From contig RDEW01000007.1 in NCBI GenBank assembly GCA_011109175.1, forward strand, positions 1,653,236 to 1,686,235: 33,000 nt of DNA, in the 5' to 3' direction. The notes beneath the pieces were generated by a model. It did not search any database and had not been told where the DNA came from. It saw only the letters and a program-made list of their open reading frames with translations. This DNA comes from Dicyema japonicum. Lineage: Eukaryota; Animalia; Dicyemida. The position numbers and the translations under genes are program-made. Below, piece after piece: positions 1 to 11,566 of this stretch; the stretch's first letter is position 1; the number at the start of each line of letters is the position of its first letter.

Positions 1-499
1 TTTGAGTATCTGCAAGAGGAGCTTTCACTAAAAGAATCCCAAATATAGAACATCTGGTAAATCTACACCAAGGTCAAGGGTCACGTTGACATAAAATTAC
101 TAATTAATTTAAAAACAATTTATTACGTTCTTCTGCGCCTGCGACGCTGGAATTTCTGAGTCGTCTAAGGATTAGGATTTCTACGTGATCAGGAGATCCC
201 CGTAAGCGGTGCTGGTTTTACGCCCTATAACAATTTTACTAACCAGAAGAGAAAAATAATAAAGTCATCGTCCGGGCTCTTGTCTAGTTTCTTACGACGA
301 CTTCTCCCATAGTCATGTATCAATCTCCATAAAAGGGGTAGGTTTTTCCTCTTGCCTTGAGTAGGGCACAAGTAGCACATAATTGACAACTCGATGGGAT
401 CTTATATTGATTTTGTTAGTTTAACAAATCTCGTTGTAAGTGATCCATAATTTGAAAATCATTCAGCGATTTCTAGATACCGGGTCAGCAACAAACAAA

Positions 500-685
500 A
501 CAATTCAAAAAACCAAGGGTAAAACCAAACTAACTAACTCTGATCGTGACGCGTTCCAGTGGTTTCAGAACTTGTCTCCAGGTAACGAAATTGTCTCCCG
601 ATGGAAAGAATAGTAGGATCCTTTTGAATGCCGATCAGGCATTGGGTGTCTCTTTAGTAAGGTGGATCCGATGACGCCATCAGAG
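500..685 (-). mobile_element. Degenerate 3' end of an APE-type LINE family, inverted homolog of 3437-3655
   Basis: The reverse complement of 566-682 aligns by eye with 3437-3553 (shared cores CGTCATCGGATCCACCTTACT and GGCATTCAAAAGGATCC). The reverse complement of 506-545 matches 3617-3655 (TTAGTTAGTTTGGTTTTACCCTTGG). Confidence 0.55.
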
Positions 686-829
686 GGAAGATAAATTTTT
701 AACCAATTAGCCACATAGGACCACATGACGACACGTGGCTTATAGATACCAGGGCAATATTCCATCGTTTACGTCGATATTATAATTAATAAAAAAATAA
801 ATATAATAAAATAGTTGTTTCTTAGTAAC

Positions 830-1683
830 ATGACATCAGAGGACCAAAATAGAATTGACGACAACATAATCGCCCAATTTAATACGTTTGAGGACTTTCT
901 TGACTCGCAAATAACTTCACTGGACTTGTACTACCTCGAAGTATTCCTACTAAATTTATCAGGACGATGAGCTAGCTCGACAACTCGTAGAACTCGGGTA
1001 CCGAGGGAGTGGAGAGGTTCTCAAAAGGGAGGAGTTTGAACAACGCAAGACTGAAAACGAAGCAGCAAAATTAACATCAAAGTTCAACTCAAAGTAAGGA
1101 GCATTATTTTAGATGAGAAAAATGGCCAGCTCAAATAAAACGATTACTGACAGTTTTTTAAAGGAATTGGAGAGCAGAGAGGAGGCTAACAGAATGGGTA
1201 AACTCAGTGTACTTTAAAAACTTAAAACCTCAGACAATCATCTACATCAGGGATATTGTCAAGAAACAAGAGATCAGCGGGTACATTGACTACCAGGACA
1301 GACTAGCCAATGAGGACTTTGAACAAATTTTTAGTGGTAAGAAGAAGCTACTCCCTAAACCGACCGATTTAAGGTATGAATTAACTCAGGGACCTTAGTT
1401 ACTACAATTGGGAGACACAGGCGTCGTATTCCTAACTCATCACCTAACTATAGCGTAATTACAGATAATCCCTCAGGGCTGTTTTTTAAAAATAAAAAAG
1501 ATAGAAAACTCATATCTACTGATCCTAAGGTTTTTCAATTATGAATGGAAGGGATCCTTAAATAATGACATTACTAAAAGAATTCCAATCTATTCTGATA
1601 AATACTTACAAATTGTGATCTTTGACCACAAGACCCGAAGAAAGTACAATTTGAATTTTTTACATTTTAGAACATTTTTATGA
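830..1683 (+). CDS. CFAP299: Cilia- and flagella-associated protein 299 (C4orf22/DUF4464-like), 7 exons, with one +1 frameshift near 1429-1432
   Basis: ATG at 830. Introns 941-962, 1094-1117, 1209-1233, 1374-1398, 1530-1551 and 1644-1670 (22-27 nt, GT-AG). The spliced protein shows family motifs [62 protein letters not shown] and [13 protein letters not shown]. Stop TGA at 1681-1683. Confidence 0.88.
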
Positions 1684-1734
1684 ATTAATAATTAATTTAA
1701 ACTATTTTAATTCAATCCATTAAAATTTTAACTT

Positions 1735-2180
1735 ATTAAATTTTTGCTGCAATCAAAACGAACTCTCACCAAGTTTGCCTAAGTGGAGATTTTGAAAATA
1801 AGCTACAAATTTTTATGAGTCTGGATGCGTAGTCAGTATCTAATTAGTGGAAACAGGATTTTTCAAATTGTTTGTCCGGGAAGTAAACATGAAAATGTAT
1901 AAATTAACTAATTTAGACAGCAAGTTACGTCTTAATCCACTATTCAGAGGTTATGTAGATGATTACTTCTGTCTACTGACTAAGAAAACTTTTAATTTTT
2001 CTGCAGCTGAAATCGTAAGGAAGCTGGCTCAATATTGGGTTGATAAGAGAGCTTTTCCAAATCTTGGGGATAATATTGTAGTTAATAGACACGCAAAGTA
2101 GTCAATTGCATAGTGGCTTAGGTGTTTTAGATGAATTGAAGATACTTTGTCAGGATCGCAGGCTCCACCAAGATGAAATT
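1735..2180 (-). mobile_element. Highly degenerate LINE reverse transcriptase N-terminal fragment (I/Jockey-group-like)
   Basis: Minus-strand frames give DPDKVSSIHLKHLSHYAIDYF, IIPKIWKSSLINPIL and RFDCSKNF. These match the RT motifs GPD.IS..HLKHL, IP..WK...I.PI and FD.SKAFD. Multiple stops and frameshifts. Confidence 0.65.
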
Positions 2181-2236
2181 ATTTATTGTTAAATTTAAAA
2201 TTTAGTAAATAATAATTTAAATAATTTATTGAATCT

Positions 2237-3307
2237 ATGTTAAGTGATGAAGTAGACTCAATTATTAACAAATTAAATCCAATGAAGGATTGCTACTTCA
2301 ATATATTTATTAAAGACATTCTCCAATCTGGTACTTTAAGACTAATTATTCTCAGATCTATCCTATTATGGACACATATTACAGCACGTGTCCATTTGTG
2401 GGATAATTACAAGCATCGCCAGGTATAATAAACGACTCTGTCTTACAATTGACGATGGAACTGATTCTATTCGGTGTAATTTATGGAGAGACATACGGGA
2501 TGTGAGCCCTTGTCTTTCCTGTTGTAGGCAACTCCATCAAAGTCCTCTTGTTGACACAGTGATGGAAGGTATGACAGCCTCATCACATTAGAACTCCCTA
2601 GATCTCTGCAAGAGTACGTGATTAACACTCCCTGTTGGTTCTGTTTGGAGTTCGACGTCGGAATACATGTCAATGTTCACGGATTTGTTAAAAGGTTTAA
2701 TAATAACCTTGAGATTTCTGCCAAATTCATGAAACAGTGTTTATCTGTCGATTTTGAGACCACGTGGACGATTCGGTGCTTAGAAATGTCAAAGATCTAC
2801 TTATTATCTGACCACAATGTTGACTTCCTGTCCCAAACAGTTCGGGAGTGCATTCAAAAGCAGAAGTACGACAAACAAGACGAGTTTCTAGTTCATTTTT
2901 TATATGAAAACAACGTAATTCGTTTTATGGCACGAGAACTCCTAGATTTCAGGCAAATCAGGGATTTTGGCGGCATAAACAGTCTCAACGGGATCAAGAA
3001 AGTTTTATCCAGACTTGAGAGCAAAGGAGTTTTACGGATTGACAGTTTCACGCCAAACGCTGAAGAGTTTGTGGCGGTGAAGGCCGTCTCTGGCCTGTCA
3101 TTGGAAGATATGATTGTGAAGGGGATTGAGGACGCTGGTCACAGTGGAGGGATACACTATAAGATGATAGCTGGGAGAGTCAGAAACAAATTCTGTTTAT
3201 TTCGATTGAAAGATGAGGTTGTGCTAGAGGCATTACATAAACTGGAAGAGGAAAGTGTGGTTGTATCATATTTCACTAATTGTTATAGTTTAATGCCTGA
3301 TTTTTGA
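2237..3307 (+). CDS. STN1: CST complex subunit STN1 (OB fold plus C-terminal winged helices), 3 exons
   Basis: ATG at 2237. Introns 2331-2355 (25 nt) and 2569-2591 (23 nt) join the three listed ORFs in frame. OB-fold motifs LNPMKDCYFNIFIKDIL, YYGHILQHVSICGIITSI and LTIDDGTDSIRCNLW. The C-terminus GIHYKMI...EALHKLEEESVVVSYFTNCY resembles the STN1 winged helix. Confidence 0.85.
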
Positions 3308-3436
3308 TTTTTTGTAAAATTTGTCATTAGTACGTTTACGATCGACTTTAAATTTTATGATATTATTAATATTTTTACGGACTCTGATGTCACGGCCTGT
3401 GGTGCAGTGTGACTGATTGATTGAAGTTTTCTTTCT

Positions 3437-3655
3437 AGTGACGTCATCGGATCCACCTTACTTAGAAGACAGCCAATGCCCGACCGGCATTCAAAAGGAT
3501 CCATCTTATCACTCCACAAAGAGACTATTTCGCTCCTTGGGGTTGAGTTCTGACTTCGATCTCAGCTTCCCTGACGATGTCCTATAGATCACTGTGCTGG
3601 AATTGGTTAGAATCACAGAATTAGTTAGTTTGGTTTTACCCTTGGTCTTTGGAAT
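3437..3655 (+). mobile_element. Degenerate LINE 3' end (ORF C-terminus plus TTAGTT-rich 3' UTR)
   Basis: Homologous to the reverse complement of 500-685. It ends ...LELVRIT followed by TTAGTTAGTTT, resembling the EA-x-IT-stop/TTAGTT ends at 17355 and 23945. Confidence 0.5.
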
Positions 3656-3669
3656 AATTTCATTACGGA

Positions 3670-4290
3670 TAATGTCTCATCAGTTTCGCTATTATGTAGG
3701 GAAATGTCAACCGTCTAAAAACGTGCGCAAAGACTGGACGGTCCCAGAGATCTATTACTTCCATGTCAAGCCCTGGTGGTCTAGGGAAAGCAAAGAGATC
3801 TCGAACTACCCTCCCAGCCAGAGATGGATGATGTCCACACCGTTAACGAGAAAGTTCCACTCTGCGCCCCAGTATCTTGTTTTTTGAGGTTCGTATGGTA
3901 CGCGTAGAGGAAGAATTAACGACAAAAAGTCATATATATTTTTGGTTCAGGTTTGGTCCTTTGCCGGAGGTGAGATTTTCCTGAGTGTTCTTTGGAGATC
4001 AGTGAATGTTCTCCGTATGTGTATGCGGTCAGTGGATTCAAATAATGGGAAGGTTGGATTTGGGTCTAGCGATTGTCAGAGATATTGTGAGCTTCTTAAT
4101 TCAAGGTGGTCACTCAAAGGCGAGATTTTCGACTCCCAGTGTAAGTGTCCAACAAGAGATGTTACAGCTCTCAATGGTGAATTTTGGATTTGTTATAGGA
4201 AAGAGAGTGATATGCATGGAGCCCAGTTTGAGGAGGCATAATTCAGTGTCGTACTGTTTGCACAGGAGCGTTAGATACTACTTTTATTGC
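3670..4290 (-). mobile_element. Degenerate APE-type LINE C-terminal region (post-RT through cysteine-rich tail)
   Basis: Minus frames give LTLLCKQY, TLNYASSNWAPCIS, QIQNSPLRAVT..HLHWESKISPLSDHLELRSSQYL, NKILGR, RCGHHPSL and DLWDRPV. These are typical I/Jockey-group post-RT motifs; stops and frameshifts are present. Confidence 0.75.
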
Positions 4291-4629
4291 CGTTCAAGTG
4301 TTCAAAAATTCTTTCTTTTCTAGAATAACACTCACTTATCTCAATTCTTTCCCACTTTCATGGTGGCGAAAAAAATAATTATTTCCCTTTCAAGTCTATT
4401 TGAGGTTTTTCCACAACATTTTATTATATATCTGCTGGTTTTGGGTGGACTTGTGTAATGTTGAAAAATAAACTTGAGTACTTCTTGCATCCTTTGCTCA
4501 GAACTTTTGATTATAGATGTTTCATGAGTGGCCCATCTTGTTCATTCTCACGAGAAGAGTAAAGACAAGGGATTTCACTTATTATGAAGCTAAGAAGACA
4601 ATATATGAAATAGAAGTACGCAACCACCT

Positions 4630-4940
4630 AGATTTGGGGTGGGGCCTGCACCGACAACTCTTCCCAGTCGAGACTTCCAGGCTCCGTGTTGAAAGCTGGG
4701 AGGCTGCTCGGACTTTTAAGAATTTCAAAATAAGAAAATATGACAGCCTCTCAACAAAATTCTATATAAAGCCGCAGTTGTCGAGACGAGCGGAGTCTTC
4801 GTGCCGAAGACGGTTTCTTTTCTAAGATCACTCGGGTCCATGATAACGAAAACGAGTAACGAACATCGGGAAATGGAGTGGCTGTTCCAATGGATTTCTC
4901 TGGCAGTTGTCAAGGGAAACAGTCACTTAATTACTTCCTA
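4630..4940 (+). mobile_element. CRE-like non-LTR retrotransposon restriction-like endonuclease (REL) C-terminus, copy 1
   Basis: Frames give IWGGACTD, KIRKYDSLSTKFYIKP and AVVETSGVFVPKTVSFLRSLGSMITKTSNEHREMEWLFQWISLAVVKGN. These match the CRE-type REL motif KY...F.P.AVET.G...FLR.LG...E..LFQR.S.AV..GN. Confidence 0.75.
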
Positions 4941-4949
4941 AATGTCAAA

Positions 4950-5385
4950 TTCACTAAACGATGTTGTAAAAAATGCACTGGAGTCAGCTGGATACCCCTC
5001 CATGGTAAAGCATACCGTACTGAAGAGAGGGGACTGAAAATGGCATGATGGAATCACAATCTTTCCGTTCAATCAACTGATATGGGTCGTCACGTGTATC
5101 GACTCCCTTTCTCCTACTGACATTATCATGAGAGCAGTAAATTTATTATCTGCCACAGAAAAAACAGAGAAGGCTAAACGGAAGAAATACGAAGGGTTCC
5201 CAAACCGATTCACATTTCGATTCTTTCCAAGACACCTGGAGGTATTAACAAAAAGTCTTTGCCTTTTCTAAGAGACTAGGGCGTCTGACTACACTCACAA
5301 GCCATGTCAATGAAACCCGATGATTCAACCTGTTAATCTCTATTGGTGTCGTAAGAACTAACACAGTGTCAATCATGTAGGCGCA
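4950..5385 (+). mobile_element. CRE-like REL C-terminus, copy 2 (divergent, directly tandem to copy 1)
   Basis: LNDVVKNALESAGYPS, KWHDGITIFPF, LIWVVTCIDSLSP, EKAKRKKY, PGGINKKSLPFLRD and LISIGVVRTN follow the CRE REL layout; stops and frameshifts are present. Confidence 0.75.
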
Positions 5386-5734
5386 GATGAACACTTACAT
5401 AAATGTTATTGTTTCAACAATAAACTACTAAATGTCCGCACATTTAAATTATAACAACTATTGACTTTTTATCGATTTAATATTTTATAATTTTTCGATC
5501 AATGAGTACTTTGCAATCATTATTAAAATAACACAATATTAATTTTTACAATATTACAAGGGGAAATGACAGTAATCAACCAGGACTCAACGAGGATGAT
5601 CTCTGGAAGCGACTTAACAACACACCACCTAAAAATCCTCAATTTCTTTCATGTTGGTTAGGGTTAATAAATTAAGGGAAATTAAATTAAAGTTATTGAA
5701 CCAGAAAACCACCTTCATAGCCAAAACGAAAAAA

Positions 5735-5890
5735 ATTTAGGTGATCTAGGCCTCCCTCAGCAGTCTTTGCATCTTTTCTTGGTGTTCAGGCTGTGTTCCA
5801 ACAAATTTACGATAAAGAAACGCACAAACCCTCTGGCAGGAGTTCCATAAAAGAAAACTTCTTCAATAGTTTCGGCGCCTTTGATTGAAC
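5735..5890 (-). mobile_element. Short LINE 3'-end remnant
   Basis: The minus strand ends EHQEKMQRLLREA*IT*. Plus-strand TTAGGTGATCTAGGCCTCC resembles TTAGGTGATCCCAGCCTCC near 17360. Confidence 0.5.
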
Positions 5891-6013
5891 GTTATCAAAA
5901 ATAAAATTTAGATTATTTCCTTTTAACCATTTGACTAAATAATTAAAAAATAATAAATAACTAATTTAATTTTAAATATAAAAAAAACTTATCTTTTAAA
6001 TATATTGCTGCTT

Positions 6014-7948
6014 ATGGTAATCTTGTGTGGTAATTAATATAATTAGACGAGTACGATTTACTATAGACTAAAAACATCATCAAATTTTGACAAAATTGAA
6101 TTCGTAGAGGACGCCATCACCTTACTTCAACTTAAAACTCTGTTATCTGCCAAAACTGAGCTTCTTCTTAAATCTGGTCTATTCGACATTGTTGCCTTTG
6201 ATGAAAAGACTCAGAAAAGTACCTATTCATATAATAACAGAATATGAATTTGAATCGGACATTATTCAGGCTGACTGTCAACTCACTATATGTCGAATCC
6301 CCGCTAAGAGATCACTCCCTAAGCTGTAGAGAATTGCCATATTTCCTAGATCATCCTTCGTCCCCGCTGACAGAAAAACTAATATAATGACTACCGTTAA
6401 AGATTATGTATTAAGCGTTTTAGCTTAAGGCTTTATTCATTGCTGTTAGCTGGCGTAGTTTAAAGCATTAGTTGAGCTTATTATATAGGCAACCACGTGC
6501 AACAGCGGCTGTGTTATTGAAAGGGAGGTATTGGACGAGGCTAATAAAGTTTGTGAGAGTAAAGCAAATTAGGACTTTTTGGAGGAGTGTGAAAAGCTTA
6601 GAAGTTACTTTCAACCCCAGGAGTACTACAACTACTATGGGAAACCTGTCCCCACAGGAAAAGTTCCTGCAAACTACATTTGTCACCGTTGCAATCAGCC
6701 AGGACATTGGATTCAAAACTGCCCAACCATTAAAATAGTTGTTTTTTTAGGTCACAGTAGGACCACAACGGAAAACCTATTCCTACAGAGAAACCGATCG
6801 TAGCCCAAATTAAGCGAAGTCACGGAATTCCCAACTCATTCCTCAAACCAGTCTCAGACCCTAACCAACTGGGGGCAGTCCTCACCAGAGACGGATCATT
6901 TGCTGTCCCAGCCATTGATGCGTATTAACTTTGGTGCATTCAAGTGAGGCATATCAGAGAGGGAAAAAAGAGAAACCACCGTTCTTAGAAATTCGGCGAC
7001 TGAGACTAAAAAACCAGCGTCATCCCCTGTTCCTCCAGAACTTCAATGTCCACTTTGTAATAAACTGATTGATGATGCTGTTGTTCTCCCGTGCTGCCAT
7101 GAGCCTGCATGTGATAAATGTATTCTTTCAAATAGTATTTTAGGCATTACCGAGAGTCTTCTAAGCTCTGAGAAGCATCAGTGTCCTCTTTGTTTGAAAA
7201 CAGATGTTTCTCCCTGTCAGTTATTGTCAAATAACTTTCTGAGGAAAAAAGTAACCGAGTTTAAGTCGATGGCTGCCAAGAAACACTACCTTGAGACAAT
7301 TTCCACTAATAGGCCTGAGTAAGTAATGGTTTAATGCAAAGTCCACCAACAGACTCTATGGGGATCACTAAACGTACTGGTATACTTATGATTAATTCCA
7401 GTTATTCCAAGGGTCACCAAGGATAGTGTTGACTCAATGATTTGGAAGGATCCGACTCTGTCCTTGCCTACAGTTCCAATGTAAATTATTTGATTATATT
7501 AAAGGGTTGCCCCCAATCATGTTTGTTATAAGCAAATGCCCATACCAAACATGACGAATCCTAGATTTTTCCCTCCATTTTATTACATGATTCCACCTCA
7601 AATTAGTTTGTTTATTATATATTTGTAGATAAAAAACCTTATCTTTTGAGTCGGGAAGAGTTCTATGCTGTGAAACATGCCTTAAAGTCAAAAGAGTCAG
7701 TTAAAGATTCTGTAACTACTGAGGTCAGGGATTCTTCCAGGGAGTCAAAAAGAACTCATAAGCAACAGATTTCGTCAAAAAGAGATGATAGGTCACCTGT
7801 GATTGAACGACGGAAAGAGAAGAAATCGATATACACTTCTCCAAGTCGTAATCAGTTGGATAGACCATCTGAGAGGAGACGACATTATAGATCAAGTCAT
7901 TCTAGATCTTCAAGACATAAACATCACAAAAGGCATTCTTCCGAATAA
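6014..7948 (+). CDS. RBBP6: RBBP6/Mpe1 ortholog (DWNN ubiquitin-like domain, CCHC knuckle, RING, RS-like tail), about 13 exons, with one -1 frameshift at about 6988-7013
   Basis: An ATG-only first exon, then introns 6017-6046, 6219-6240, 6326-6349, 6408-6488 (uncertain), 6549-6572, 6738-6760, 6922-6944, 7120-7143, 7319-7341, 7374-7401, 7481-7504 and 7606-7628. Motifs MTSTIYYRLK, YICHRCNQPGHWIQNCPT, IKRSHGIPNSFL, IDAEAYQRGKKEKPPFL, ELQCPLC...DAVVLPCC..CDKC...CPLC and LSREEFY. Confidence 0.9.
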
Positions 7949-7960
7949 TTTTTTATTTTT

Positions 7961-7966
7961 AATAAA
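7961..7966 (+). promoter_or_regulatory. Candidate polyadenylation signal for RBBP6
   Basis: AATAAA 13 nt after the stop codon, followed by a T/GT-rich tract. Confidence 0.55.
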
Positions 7967-8059
7967 ATGTTTTTTATTTGTTTTGTTCATTACTTGTTTA
8001 GTTACTATTTTTATTAAGTCGATGGTGCCGTTTTTTTGGTGACGTGCCTCGTTTCTTAA

Positions 8060-11037
8060 TTTGATCACAGTTGAGAAAAATATCTAAAAACAAGGGGTAT
8101 AAAAGGGATGCATCTAGTCTAAAGCTCCTTACGTTCAATGCTTACCTGGAGAGATACGACGTATCCATTGGGTGCCTACAAGAGACGAAAGTTACTTGTA
8201 GCCTTGATGAGAACTACGGCGAATATCGAATAATATGCCTACTGAGCGACTCAAAATATTATGGACTTGGATTTGCCATCCACTCAAAGTTGACAAGTGC
8301 AGTCCACCGTATATGGAGTGTGAATGACAGGATCTGTGCTATACAAATCCGGCCAAACGACTTACCTCCTTCGAAGAGCTTTCTGACAATTGTAAATGTT
8401 TATGCGCCACACTGTGGGAGAGTAGCGAACGATTCGACAGAACTAGACAACTTTTATTCAACACTGTTACGGACGTACAACGAATATGAGTCGTCATCAA
8501 TAATACTCATTGCTGGGTATATGAATGCGAAAATCGGGATGAAGAATAACCCGGATGATGTTTTCATGGGAGAACATGGACGTGGAATAAGAAACTTACC
8601 CGAGACAATACTTGGTCACTTTTGTATGGCAAACAACCATTTCCTATGCAATACTGCATTTACGCATCCTGCCTGCCACAAAACTACGTGGATGGGGAAG
8701 CGAAGGAACTCAGGGGGAAAGCTGGTCCCATTATACAACCAAATCGATTATGTCATAAGCCGGGCTAAAGACAAACACCTTAACGTAAATGCACGTTCAT
8801 ATGAAGGCTCGACGACTGTCAGCGACCACAAGATGGTCATTGCGACCTTCACCCTGAAAAAACATGCCATTAAATACAAGAATGCAAAAAATCACGAATT
8901 TGAGAAAATCAGAGGCGACTACGCGACTGAAAAGCTGATTTCTCAACCGGAGACTACTGAGAGATATCAACAATACATTCAGACTAATCTGCAGGACGTA
9001 TTGGTGGATATCACGCTAGAAGACGCCTGGAAACGCACAAAGGACACCATCAACGAAGCTGCTGAAGCATGTCTTGGCAAAAGGGAGAATAGTAAAATGC
9101 ACCTGAAGGCTATTCATCCAGATGTTCCTGAGCTTGCGAAAAGTCTAAAAGAAATAAATATGAGAAAATCAAATGCCACTGACACTAATGCGATAAAAGC
9201 CCTTCAAGGCGAAAGACAACGTGTCAGAAGAAAAATAAAGGGTCTGAACAAGAAGCTTTTCATAGAAGAAATAGCTTCCTGTATAGAAGAAGTAAACAAA
9301 GTGAAAGACAACGCACAGGTGTACGTCGCTGCCCGTTTGCTGCGGCGAACAAACCGAAGTCGACTAACCATAAAAGACGAGAACGGTAAGCTGATACTGA
9401 ACACCAAAGAACAAACTGAAGCCATCGCGGCTCACTTTGAGAAGCTTTTCAACATCAAAACCATAGAAATCCACCCATTTGATGGAAGGCCAAGACCCCT
9501 TAGATACCAATCACGGCCGAGGAAATCAAAACGGCCTGCCGAAAACTCAAGAATAACAGAAGCCCCGGACCAGATGCGATAAACCCAGAATTACTGAAAT
9601 ACGGCCCTGACCTCCTTTTTGAAAAAATCGCTACACTACTAAATGAAATGTTTTCAACTAACTCAACTCTACCTCTGGGTACGGGACTACTAATCCCCAT
9701 ACAAAAAACCAACAAAAACAGAGGACCGCTCGAAAATTTGCGACCCATCATACTACTAAATTCATTACGCAAAGTCTTGGCAAACATTGTGCTTGAACGA
9801 ATAAAAGGATCTGCTTACAAATACCTACCAGATAGTCAAAGTGGTTTTCGAGAAGGGAGATCCACAGCTGATGCGGTCTGGAGTCACAGATGGAGGTGTG
9901 CAACATATCAAAGATACCGTAACGCCACCAATATTCTGGGAATTGACCTATCAAGAGCTTTTGATACGGTTAACAGGAACAAATTAATGGGGGTACTGAG
10001 CGGATTTCTTGATGAATCGAGTCTAAGGATGATCCGAATTCTACTTTCTAACACTGAGCTCCTTGTGAGAGTCGGAAAAACCTATTCAAGAAAATTTGAA
10101 ACAAATACGGGCACTCCACAAGGAGACTCTCTTTCTCCTCTACTATTCACAATTTATTTGGAAGCCGCTATGAGGGAACTTAGACCGTCATACCAAGGAA
10201 AGACGGAAGAAGTAATCTACGCGGACGATGTAGACCTAATTTCTGAAGACAAAGAGGTCCTGCAAAACCTATTAGAAAAAGCACCAGATGTACTAGGGAA
10301 ATGGTTTCTTACTGTGAACAGAGAGAAAACAGAACTCACAGAGATAAGAAGGATGAGTAACGTCCTAGAAGAAAAGTGGCGACAAGTAAAGAAACTCGGT
10401 TCACTCTTGGGAGATAGCGAAGATATTTTACGTAGGAAAACTCTAGCCAATGCTGCGTTATATAAACTGAAGAATTTATGGCTCAATCAAAAAGGCATCG
10501 ACACGAAAATGAGAATCCTATTATACAACTCATTCATAAAACCCGTACTTTTATATAACGCTGGAACTTGGGCGACCTCATCAGCGGATATGGAAAAACT
10601 AGACTTGTTCCACAGAGGTCAGCTGAGAAAAATAACAGGAACTACTTGGCCTACGAGAATATCGAGGAACGCTTTATATAAGAGATGCAGCACTAGACCT
10701 ATCAGCTTAGAAGTACTGGAATCCCGATGGAAGCTCTTCGGACACGTGCTGAGGATGGAATTAACATCCCCACCGAACATATCTATGGAAACATACTATG
10801 TTAGTCAAGAAGGCCGCTATCGTGGAAGACCAAGAACAACACTGCCAATAGTCTTACAAAAAGACCTGGTCAAGATCAAAAAAATCTAATAAATGCCGAC
10901 GACCTGGACAGCATGAGAGCTTTGGCTAGGAACAGGGGAGCATGGAAAAGGATGACATCTAACCTTGTTTCTTTTGCTGCACATGCGGGGCTATAATTAG
11001 TATGGCTCTTGTGAAGTGCTTAAATAATAATAATAAT
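8060..11037 (+). mobile_element. Near full-length RTE-clade LINE (APE endonuclease plus RT, single ORF broken by two -1 frameshifts) with (TAA)n tail
   Basis: APE motifs CLQETK, VNVYAP, NQIDYV and SDH. RT motifs LRPIILL, QSGFREGRST, GIDLSRAFD, GTPQGDSLSPLLF and YADD. RTE-type C-terminus LYNAGTW, RWKLFGHVLRM and RGRPR. The tail TAATAATAATAAT ends near 11037. Frameshifts lie at about 9505 and 10885. Confidence 0.93.
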
Positions 11038-11566
11038 CCTGCATGTTTGGAATAAGGCTGGCATCTCCGTAAGGTCTTCTAGAAAAAACAGCGAAGGCAC
11101 TGAAAATGGTAAGAACTTCAGAAGACATGTTGCTTCTTTACCCCATACATCTAAACAACTTCTCATAGCATTATCTTCTGCTTTTCTGAGCTTTTTTCAA
11201 CCCCGCTGGGTTTATTCGCTTCATTTGTGGAGTCAAAATAGAAGAAATCAATACACACAAGAAATCACAACAGAAGACTGTAGCAAGGAAAAACAACCGT
11301 CGCACGTCATGCTGCGCAAACATGACATCGTCGTCAAACAAGAAGGTCACTGACCGCGCTTTATCACGAAGAGCGTCATGGGAATGCACAGCTAACACGC
11401 ATCTGTCATTGATTAAAACCAGTGCGCTCGAAGTTTTTACCGCTTTCAACAGAACAGTGATCTTGTCTATGATAAAAAACATCGAGAAAAAATGAGTATA
11501 AACTTAATAATGTGAACTTTATAACTTGAGCCGCTGCCCTATGGTCCCTCTCTAGGCACGCCACTG
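11038..11566 (-). mobile_element. 5' terminal remnant of a hAT-like DNA transposon, cut off by the RTE tail
   Basis: The minus strand starts CAGTGGCGTGCCTAG at 11566, a hAT-like terminus. A frameshifted N-terminus MKRINPAG-KKLRKAEDNAMRSCLDVW resembles the MKR..SG.EKRK.K start of hAT transposases. Confidence 0.5.

Noticed and set aside
1847-2101. 84-aa plus-strand ORF as a host gene between CFAP299 and STN1
   Set aside because: There is no recognisable family, and the opposite strand carries ordered LINE RT motifs, so it is a shadow ORF.
3942-4323. Cys-rich plus-strand ORFs (3942-4241, 4006-4323) as secreted proteins
   Set aside because: They are antisense to a clear LINE post-RT region.
5658-5663. 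TTAGGG as an interstitial telomere near STN1
   Set aside because: A single hexamer is expected by chance; there is no array.
8037-8051. TGGTGACGTGCCTCG as partner TIR of the hAT end at 11566
   Set aside because: Only 11 of 15 bases match, the terminal CA is missing, and the 8-bp flanks (CGTTTTTT vs ACTACTGT) are not a TSD.
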